64,000 bases of DNA from Piedraia hortae CBS 480.64. Taxonomy: Eukaryota. A program made the translations under genes and the position numbers. The notes under the pieces were generated by a model. The model saw only the letters and a list, made by a program, of their open reading frames with translations, was not told the origin of the DNA and searched no databases. Below, piece after piece: positions 10,430-19,367 of the stretch; position 1 is the stretch's first letter; each line of letters begins with the position of its first letter. The DNA lies in the NCBI GenBank assembly GCA_010093745.1, contig MU005957.1:186001-250000 (forward strand), in the 5' to 3' direction.

Positions 10430-11900
10430 CGGTCATGAGATACGCCGCCGAAGGTGTCAGAAGCTGTGACTCCTGTATAACCCATCTGTCATCGACAACG
10501 TTGCTAGGCACCCTTACACCAACCAGCTTGCCTGTGAGGATGACACCGGCTTTCCATGGGGGTTGTCTACAGGGAGCTCCTTCCCTTGGTACAACGTCAC
10601 GCTACTACATGACGTTGGCGAATGGGTTCGCACATCCGCATTAAAGAAGCTTGGCGCCGGGGTTATCAAATCTTTTTTATGTCGCCAACACATTGATCCA
10701 CACATCTCTCACTCCAGAGGAGAGATATCTGCCTGTCGCCATGTTCGGACGAGGAATGGGGTGGAAGCTTGGGGGCATTGAGCTGTGGCGGAGATGAATA
10801 GAAACCACGAACAGGAACGGGCGGTCCGGATTATGTCCCCCCTGGCTCTGCGGGTGATCCTGTACTGCTTCGGTGTTGCTCATCCCATCTATTGCAAAGT
10901 CACGCGCGAGATATTGAGCTGGCCAACTTGTGTCCAGGCGGCCGAAGAGGTCTACGAGGAGGTGGCCTCTGGGGCCGTATTATCCTCAGATCTTCGCCAT
11001 GAACAAGCTTTACACGTATCTAGCAATGGAAAGCGCAGAAGTGCTGGGAAGGGCGGAAACAAAGGTGGGGGTGGGGGGAGGTTCCCTGCAGGAAGAGACG
11101 GAGGTGGTACGAACGACGATCGCGACTCTCGCTCTCAATTTGTGGCCCTTCTCCAGGAGCATTTTCCTAACCTTAAAGGAGGATGAAAAATCAGAAATCT
11201 GGCATGCCACCGCAGCGTTTGCCCAGGGGAGGAGATGGAAACTCCAAGCCACAGTGTCGACCGACTTGTTCGGGCCACCTTTGCCTGGCTTCGGCACACG
11301 CGGACGCGGAATAACATAGTCGTCGGGCATCCCACCAACCGCCCCAGCTGCGATGAAGTGGGCCAGAATTATGGACGGTGGTGTGTTGCGCGCACCGCCC
11401 AGAGCTTCTTGGAGGAGAAGGCGGCAACGACCATGGAGGTCGGTTACTACTGGAACTGGTGCCATGCCACGCCAAGCGAGCGGTTCCAACCCGATCAGCT
11501 CAAAGGGCTGCGGTGTAACACACATCCGTGCCTCGTGGCACAAATGGGATCGCGCTGCGCCTATTGCCACCTAATGATTTCGGGTTGCGTGAGCTCATGG
11601 TATGCCTGCATCCGTCAGAAACGTTAGCTCCTAGGTGGTTCAGCCAGCTTGCCTGTGGATGGTAGCGGTTTTTCAATGTTGTTCTACCTGATAAAAGCTT
11701 TACACGAGGGACAGCGTCAGTTTATTACATAACATTGGCGACTATTTGCATTGGGATGGCTTGAGAGAGTTTTTGCTCGTGTATGCTTAAACTTCTGATA
11801 CAAATTAGACCTTACTGCATCACCTCTAAGATCATATCTCACAAATCTTCTTGGGCATTAACCATAAAGCATGATCACTTCACAGCCAGAACGTCGTACC
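10430..11900 (+). repeat. Diverged direct duplication, offset about 1.1 kb, of a decayed coding segment
   Basis: About 10520-10660 and 11640-11790 share CCAGCTTGCCTGTG and translate as NVTLLHDVGEWV versus SVSLLHNIGDYL. Confidence 0.55.
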
Positions 11901-12466
11901 ATCTAGGCCTCGTTTCCTGGGTATCCTTTATCAGATTGTGCAGGGAGCAGGATGATATCATTGGGATAAACTCGTTCACAACGCTGGAAAGGGAAAATTC
12001 AGGTGGACATAACCAATCTATCGGAACTTATTCAAAATTATCAATCTAATCTCAGCCTCGTCACGGGCACACATTATCATGAGGTTGATGTGACCATCCT
12101 ACTCAAACTTATAAGTCTCGCACCTTCTTCGTCTTGTGGGCACAGTGTTGTTCTCCAGCGATCATTCCATCTGTAGAATGGTAGTTACGGTCGGCTCTGT
12201 GCTGCGCTTTGCGTTGTCATAATCCGGTTTCGCTTCCTGATGAGACTGCCACGGGCACGAGAAGGAAAAGAGGTGTTTGGTGTGGACGAGTTGTGATTGT
12301 TAGACTTCTGAGGAAACTGGCAAACACTGACACCTCATAAACAGACAAACTTCTCTGTGGTTTTCCACATGAAGAATTCCGGCTGACTAGATATAACGTT
12401 TTCAAGCCTTGCTCTAAACATGGGGTCGGTCAAGAGTACATATTTGGTTTACACTCTAGATTGAGC

Positions 12467-12585
12467 ACTTACGGCCATAGGTTGCAGAGAACAGAGGATC
12501 CCGTCTGCTCTCCTGAACTTAAGCTGCAAATCGGCGGATTAGTACTACGGTGGGTGACCACGTGGGAATCCCCGCTGCTGTAAGT
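12467..12585 (+). rRNA. 5S rRNA gene, dispersed copy A
   Basis: 119 nt, ACTTACGGCCATAG...GCTGCTGTAAGT, with paired ends (helix I), GATCCCGTC.GCTC, CTTAAGC, TTAGTACT and GGGTGACCACGTGGGAATCC. A T-rich Pol III terminator follows, and a TATA-like TACATAT lies about 30 nt upstream. Confidence 0.95.
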
Positions 12586-13744
12586 TTTTCTTCCTTGTTT
12601 TTGCAGATTCCATAAGCAAGGCTCATTCCTCACAAACAAACGTTATGTCTACCAGACAAGCTTTTTCCCCTGCAGGACCTTGAAGAGATCTCTATCGACA
12701 ACCGAAATGAGGCATTTTCAATTGACAGTGGCATATTGTACGGAGGGAGGACGATTGGCTTGGAAAGGGTAAAACTAGTCGGGCATGACCAACTTACCTG
12801 TGTTATTCGACACCGTAGAGTTAATTGGTCACACGCATTTCTTTGGCCTTCGGGGCATTCGTCTTCTTAATGGGTTTAGTACCTGGCAGCCCTGCCTCAT
12901 CCGCGAAATGAACAACCCACTCTTGTTTCAATTTCGTCACCATAGGGTCGTAGACGTTTGTCGCGTCGAAGGTTTTGCATCCTCCGTAGGCTTTAACAAG
13001 AAGGATTTGATCTTCGTAATAAGGTCGAACATGTATGTGTCGAATGTTTTGTTGTGTGTGAAGTACGTGTAGAAGGATTTCGTGGGTAGGTGATCGGAGT
13101 ATCTTATATATTTTCCGGCAAGTGTAACTATGTGTCGTTTGGAGTGTTATTGAAGATGAATGCATTGTTGAGCTCTCACTGAGAGGTATAGTGGTCGAAA
13201 TTCACAAGAAGCTATAGAGTAAATGGATTGTTCTTCTTCATTTGGACCAAAAAATGGACGAGCAGTTTTGATCAAAGCCGGATTGAACTTTTTTTTTTCA
13301 AAACCAAAAAAATCCGAGTGCAATCCGTCAATATCGCGCATCCAGGAATCTGTTAGCCTCCCAAACCTTCTCCTTCCCACCCCTGTTTGCGACGGTTCGA
13401 TTAAGAACCAGTGCTTAAAAACTTCTTATTGAGTGTGGCCGGATCATTGAAACTTGGGCATCCGCAGTCTTGGCTCACCACACTCGAGCCTACGACCAGT
13501 GGTTGAATGGTTTTCTTAGAGCCCACGGCCCCACCCGGTTACTAACCCACTATGACTCCCGGAGGGCGGGGTATATCTACCTACCCTGCTGGGTGAGACA
13601 GCCGGGGATTAGCCGATGCGCCTGCTTGTTTTGGGATGACGCGTGGGATGACAGCCAAGAAGAATTTGAGCATATATGGCGAACTCTGCTCAAAGCCGAT
13701 AGATGGATCGCGTCGACGATATTTATTGCTATCCTCTAATGATT

Positions 13745-13965
13745 ATTTCGTCGGCGGAAATGGGGTTGACGCCTGCTTTATCAGCTGTCTTTTTGTCTCC
13801 GGACTTACTGATTCTGCACTGGAAAGTACGGGAGGGTGTCGTTGAGTAGATAACGATTTCACCTGCCAGACTGACGGCTTCTTGTTATCTTGCAGATCAC
13901 ACAAACAAGTCTCCTGTCTCATAAAGAAGTACCTGACAAGCCTTTTCCCCTACGAGACGAACCTA
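13745..13965 (+). pseudogene. Possible heavily decayed third 5S unit; the 3' tail is recognisable, the gene body barely
   Basis: 13878-13960 (TTCTTGTTATCTTGCAGATCACACAAACAAG...CTGACAAGCCTTTTCCCCTAC) resembles the tail after copy A (TTGTTTTTGCAGATTCCATAAGCAAG...CAGACAAGCTTTTTCCCCTGC). Faint traces upstream: CTCCGGACTTA and AGTACGGGAGGGTGTC. Confidence 0.4.
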
Positions 13966-15470
13966 ACTTATAGAAACCAGCGCTACTCTGTGCACCAATA
14001 CGCTTGCCTTTGCAATCGACAGCGGATTTCATGATTTGTTCCACCGTCTCAGTCCTTTGTGAAGACATCACGCTACGACGTGATGTTGGTCGCCGTTGGG
14101 TCACTTGACGGCACATCTAACAACACTCCACTCCACAAACCTCTCACATCGAAGAGACAACACACCTCAACCCGTCATACACACGATGTTCCGCATCACC
14201 CCAACCCCAACGAAATAGCTCAGTCAACTGCAGCGCATCCGCCATGCCCGAACGGCTATGGAGCTCAACTTCCCAACTCACTACGACTCATGAAGCTCAC
14301 ACAGAAGAGTTGAAATCCTTCCGAGAAGATAAAGAGAGTCCGCTCATTCTATCCTCTGGTCCTCAATCAAATACTGCATCACTTAGGCTCTGCGCATCCG
14401 TTCTCATGTCGGGCTGTGCGCCAAATGTTGAGACGGTCTATAGATGACAAGATGACCAAGAAAATTGACGCCGTGGTCTGGTCGGCCCTACATTGGGGAT
14501 ACATACACCCTTGTAAAATTCTCAATCAATGCGTAAGTATGGCTTCTAGTGGGAGGAAGCGCGCATGCGAGGATATGCCGAGGTGGTGGCCCGGTGCGGT
14601 GGGAGGGTGGAGGTTGAAATGGTGCTCAAGGCAGAGAGGGTATGGTTTACAAAAGCGTTACAGGGGGATTCTTTACATATCGCTCAGATGGACCCATCCC
14701 CCACACCCTCTACCAGCATGGGTCGATGGTTTGCGGGACGTTGACAAAGTGAGAAAATAAGAAGTCAGATTGACATAATCAGTCTGCTGAGACTAAATCA
14801 ATGTTACAAACTAATTCACCAGTCTCATCCTAGATGCCTTGCGGGCACTCGGCTTTTTCTTTGGGGCAGGTTCCTGCGTGGTAGGCCCATCAATTCCCGG
14901 CGTTTCAGCATCGTTCAGAAACTTGATGGCCCTATTTTATTCAGCTGTTTGACCAGAAGATCATCTGCGCAGGGAAAGGGGCGTGCTTCTTTGGACCCGG
15001 GAGGCTCGGCGCTTTTAGGCTTGCGGGTGGCAGCCTTTGCTCCCTTTGAATATTTCGAGAAAAAAACATTCCGCTTGTTGATGAACTGCATGTTTGTATC
15101 TTTCTTGTCGTTTTGTTTGATATTTTGTGTGTTAGGGTGGTATGGAGATTTTCGTGGGTGAATGTTTAGGGGAGAGGACGTGCGTAAGAATGCGTTGTTG
15201 ATGTTTGCTCAGCAAGTTCTCTGAATTTTACAATGGACAATGGGAAGGCATTGTCGTCCTTTGTCTTGTGGTGTGTCAAATCAAAGTCATTGAGCTGTCA
15301 AATTCAACCTGGACAACGCACCAAAATTTCCTCTGGCGATAGTTCCACTGGCAGCAAGATTTGGCGTCTGCTGCATCTGCTACCTTCTTGTCTTCGACCT
15401 TGTTGTCCTTAGTGAGAGAGAAGCAGGGACAGTCCTCGAGTATATATTGATGTTACGCACCAAACTGAAT

Positions 15471-15589
15471 ACTTACGGCCATAGGTTGCAGAGAACAGAG
15501 GATCCCGTCCGCTCTCCTGAACTTAAGCTGCAAACCGGCGGATTAGTACTACGGTGGGTGACCACGTGGGAATCCCCGCTGCTGTAAGT
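15471..15589 (+). rRNA. 5S rRNA gene, dispersed copy C
   Basis: 119 nt and differs from copy A at only two C/T positions. TATATAT lies about 30 nt upstream and a TTTCTTTTTT terminator follows. Confidence 0.95.
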
Positions 15590-16388
15590 CTTTCTTTTTT
15601 GTTTTGGGATCAAAGAAGCAAGATTCATGCCTCGCAAACAGACAAATTGTTGATCAGACTGGCCTTTTCTTTTGCAAGACGATCGATTACAGGAGAATTT
15701 TTTGCTCGGGGTGGTTGTATGGCAAAACTGCATCGGCTGACGCCATTATTTTGCTTTGCAGCATGTCTATAAATTTCTGGGATTAATGAAGTCGCCAGTA
15801 TATAGAGCGAACGCTGTATAAGTTTATCTGGTGGCATTGATGCCAGTATCGGGGGTTCTCTGTCCGAACTGAGAGGGCTTGAGATTGGAAATTGTTGATA
15901 TAGGGGAATCCCGGATGGCCCAAAAACACAGATCTCTAGGGCAACGGCTACTGTGGCCGAACGGATGGACAGGGCCCTTGAACGTCATACGTCTAGGCTC
16001 GAAGAGCTTACGTGTTCGTTCTTTTAAAGTAGAGCGTCACAGGCACTGGTGACTTGTTTCGAGGCACGTACACGACCGCCACTTGTTGACGGTATAGACC
16101 GAAAGCGTCACTACTGGGCAAAGTTTAGGCCATCCCCACCTGATGACAATAAGTTGAGCAGCGTTAGTTTTTAGAAAAAGAAGTGGTATATTCCAGGACA
16201 TGTCAATCCAAAGTAGTGTTAGAACTGTCAAAATCGTTCCCTTGACTTCGGAGTTCAACACCTGCAGAAACATGATTCAAATCCACTTTCGTGTAACTTC
16301 GGTCACCGTTTCCACCAACATCTGCGCGAGGTTAAAGGTCTGAAATCCGAAACCCACTCCACCCCACCTATGTCCTTCACGATCCACA

Positions 16389-17649
16389 ATGCAGCGCATC
16401 CCCCTTAGATTTCAACTCCAGCACGCAGCACTCCATCATGTGTCCGCCAACCACCTCCCCATGTTCCAGCAGATGCTCATGTCAATATACGGGTTTGGAA
16501 ACGTGCGGGAAGAGAGGATGATGCAAGAAATCTTCCCGCTAGCCATAGGCGACATGCACAATCATTTCGGGGCAACTCATCCGCTTGTACTTAAAGCCAT
16601 GTGCATACATTGGGAATCTTATCCCCACTTCTGGATCCCGAAATCTGCTCACCGAATAGCATTAAAAGCTCGGACTCGTCAACTGGGACCACTTCATGCA
16701 ATTACGTTATTAGCAGCCCATGAGCTTGGCAAGTGTTACTTGGGTCATGGCAGGCATGAGAAGGCTATTCCTGCGTATGAACGTGCTGTGAAAGGATGAG
16801 AGAAGACGCTAAAGGCTAACCATCCTCTCACGCTAGAGAAGCTTCACTGCTTGGAATGTTCGCATGCTGGAAGTGGGGTGGGGGGGGGGGGAAGAAGAGG
16901 GGGGCAGTTGTCTCTTCGCGAAGCGAGGAATATACTCACGCGAGTGTTGGAGGAGAGGGAAAAACTTGAAAGCATGTACAAGTCCACAACGCTGAGTACT
17001 GCAGCTGCATTGGGGGGTGTTTATCTTTCACTTTCAAAATTGGAGGACCAAACAATCCCGAGTGGTCGTTTGGAGCGTTGCTTTATGCTGGACCAAGCTC
17101 GAGCTCTGTACGAGCGAACCGTTCAAAACATTGGCCGAAAAAGATGGCGGGATTTTGAGAGATATTGGGCCGCGCTTTCTCGCCTTAAAAGATGTCTACT
17201 GGGCGTCTGGTCAAACCGAGAAGGCGGCCGCCACTGCAGTCAAGCTGCTGGATGATAGGAAAGGCGTTTACGAAGACGAATGTGAGACGCTGTTACGTGT
17301 CGAAAGTGAGATTGGACAGACGTATTGTGAGATGGTTAAGTTGGACGAAGCACGGTCACGTTCAGAGGATGTTCTCGAGCAACTACAAAATCTTCCCGAT
17401 CCGGAGGCAGCTGTGGAGAAAGGTATAGCTTTTGACATTGAAATTCAAGAACTAGCAGAAAGGTTGAGAAACAGAGCACGAGAAACCGCTCTCGAACGAT
17501 CGGAGGTGAAGAAGATCACACTCCAAAGACTTGCCGCCGTTCAGTCTGCTGTTTGCAATTATGTTCCGGAGCGCAAGCGTAGAGGACGTGTGCATGGCAC
17601 TAGGAGAGCAAGACGTAAGCGGTCAGGCGATGAAGGTCGTTCTGCGTAG
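16389..17649 (+). pseudogene. TPR-repeat (kinesin-light-chain/TPR_10-12-like) gene with one in-frame stop and one frameshift
   Basis: LGPLHAITLLAAHELGKCYLGHGRHEKAIPAYERAVKG*EKTLKANHPLTL is a typical fungal TPR repeat. TGA 16797-16799 is in frame with ORF 16851. An extra A in CTTAAAAGATG (about 17184-17194) shifts into the 17017-17649 frame. Confidence 0.7.
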
Positions 17650-17948
17650 TCCACATGAAACGACTTCATACTTTGACAATCTATGTACTTAACTCTAATC
17701 TTTTGAGGGCCGGTGAACACTTTCTGTAGTAAGTAGTAAACACAAAGGGACGGCTATTTCGCATGACGGTGGATGTTTGTTTGTAAGAATTTGTCACAAA
17801 GTACAAGGTGAATCATAAAGCGTGGTTTTGTGCTCATCTGAAGCGTGTTTGACGGTGAACGGCTGACTGGGGTCGGGCAAAAACGGAATCTCAGCCTCCC
17901 AATTTTCAGAATGACCACACGCTCTTTAACATTCCCTAAATCAAAGTC

Positions 17949-19235
17949 ATGAACATCGAGGCCCCGCAACAGCAGCAACAACCACAGCTGCAGCAACAGC
18001 ACCATCCACCGCCCCAACAACCACCGCCACCACCGCAGGATGCGCCGCAATCGGCCGCGTCAACGCCAGCGACGCCAAATGGCAACGCGAACGGGAGCAA
18101 CAGCGGCCCCGACGGCGAAAACCATACGCCCATCGCGAAGCCGGTGATGCAGGACTTTCCCAGCCTAGACACGGCGCTGGCCTACATCAACGCCTTCAGC
18201 CTGGAACACGGGTTCGAGATGGTCAAATACGGCGGTAAGAGCATGAACAAGAACAACGAAGTCTACAGGATGCCTCTTGTCTGCGCACGATTCGGGAAGC
18301 CCAAGCAGCATTCGCAGGCTGGGTATCCCTATCCCACAGCCTCCTCATCGCAGACTCCCGGCGCGGCAGGAACGCCCGGCCAACCTCCGCAGCGCAAGCG
18401 CAAATCAACCAAGAAATGCAACTGCAAATTCAGCCTGAACCTCTGCGCGCGAGACCAGAACAACCCCAGCACCAGCGCGTGGACCTTTACGTTTGGCAAG
18501 ACTGACGAACACAACCACAGCGGCGCCAAGGACGTGTCGTCGCTGGCGAACCACCGGCGGCTTGCGCGCGGCGACCGCCACGTTGGCGAGTTCCTGCGTT
18601 CGTGTCGCGCGGGGGGCGTCGATGCGAAGCGCGCGCGTCAACTCGCCATCGATCGCTTCTGCGGCCCCGGCTCCCTGGTTATGCCCAGGGATGTATACAA
18701 CGAATGGGCCAAGATTCTCTCTCTGGAGGCCACACCCGGCGGGGACATCTCGCATTCACAGCCCGTTAGATGCCATTGTCGCACCGGGTGCAGCCATGGT
18801 AAGTGTTCGTGCGCGCAGGCCGGCGTCGGCTGTTCACGCGTCTGTCACTCCGGCGGCGGGTGTGAGCGGTACGATGCCTCTGAGCAGGAAGACATCACAG
18901 CAATGGAGGAGGAAGAGGAACAGGGCCCGTTGGAGAGGATCGAGGGCATGTTCAATACTCTCCAGGAGATGCAGCAGCGCACAGCCGAGGAGTTTAAACT
19001 GCGACTACAAAATCTGACGCAGGAATACGAAGATCAAAACGCCAGACAGACAGAGCTAATGGACAGTCTAAGGGATGAAGTGCTCCAATTTCTGCGTGAC
19101 GATCAAAACCAACAACACCAGCAGCAGCAGCAGCAGCAGCAGGGCCTGCATTCCATCCCTGGCAGCTTCAACCACAGCCATCCCCCGCCCGGTAACGGCC
19201 TCATTGTCGATTATGAAATCAACGGTATTCTGTAA
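17949..19235 (+). CDS. Putative transcription factor: FAR1/AFT-like (WRKY-GCM1) zinc domain, CXC-like Cys cluster, coiled coil and polyQ tracts
   Basis: Intact 428-aa ORF. FPSLDTALAYINAFSLEHGFEMV...LVCARFG...RKSTKKCNCKFSLNL...WTF...HNH is the FAR1/MULE N-terminal pattern. CHCRTGCSHGKCSCAQAGVGCSRVCH lies at 18771-18848. Confidence 0.8.
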   Translation: MNIEAPQQQQQPQLQQQHHPPPQQPPPPPQDAPQSAASTPATPNGNANGSNSGPDGENHTPIAKPVMQDFPSLDTALAYINAFSLEHGFEMVKYGGKSMNKNNEVYRMPLVCARFGKPKQHSQAGYPYPTASSSQTPGAAGTPGQPPQRKRKSTKKCNCKFSLNLCARDQNNPSTSAWTFTFGKTDEHNHSGAKDVSSLANHRRLARGDRHVGEFLRSCRAGGVDAKRARQLAIDRFCGPGSLVMPRDVYNEWAKILSLEATPGGDISHSQPVRCHCRTGCSHGKCSCAQAGVGCSRVCHSGGGCERYDASEQEDITAMEEEEEQGPLERIEGMFNTLQEMQQRTAEEFKLRLQNLTQEYEDQNARQTELMDSLRDEVLQFLRDDQNQQHQQQQQQQQGLHSIPGSFNHSHPPPGNGLIVDYEINGIL

Positions 19236-19367
19236 CTGTACTGTCTCTTACTTTCTATCCAGTCCTCCTTCATATTCCTTGCCATCCTGTTCTTACCATC
19301 CGATTCCTCCCATCCAACCCTCCACCATCAAGTTTATAATCCAAACCCCCTCTCTTCCGAGTATCAT

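Noticed and set aside
15473..15837. Short ORFs overlapping 5S copy C, and ORFs 42155-42555 over the tRNA
   Set aside because: They overlap clear Pol III RNA genes and are spurious.
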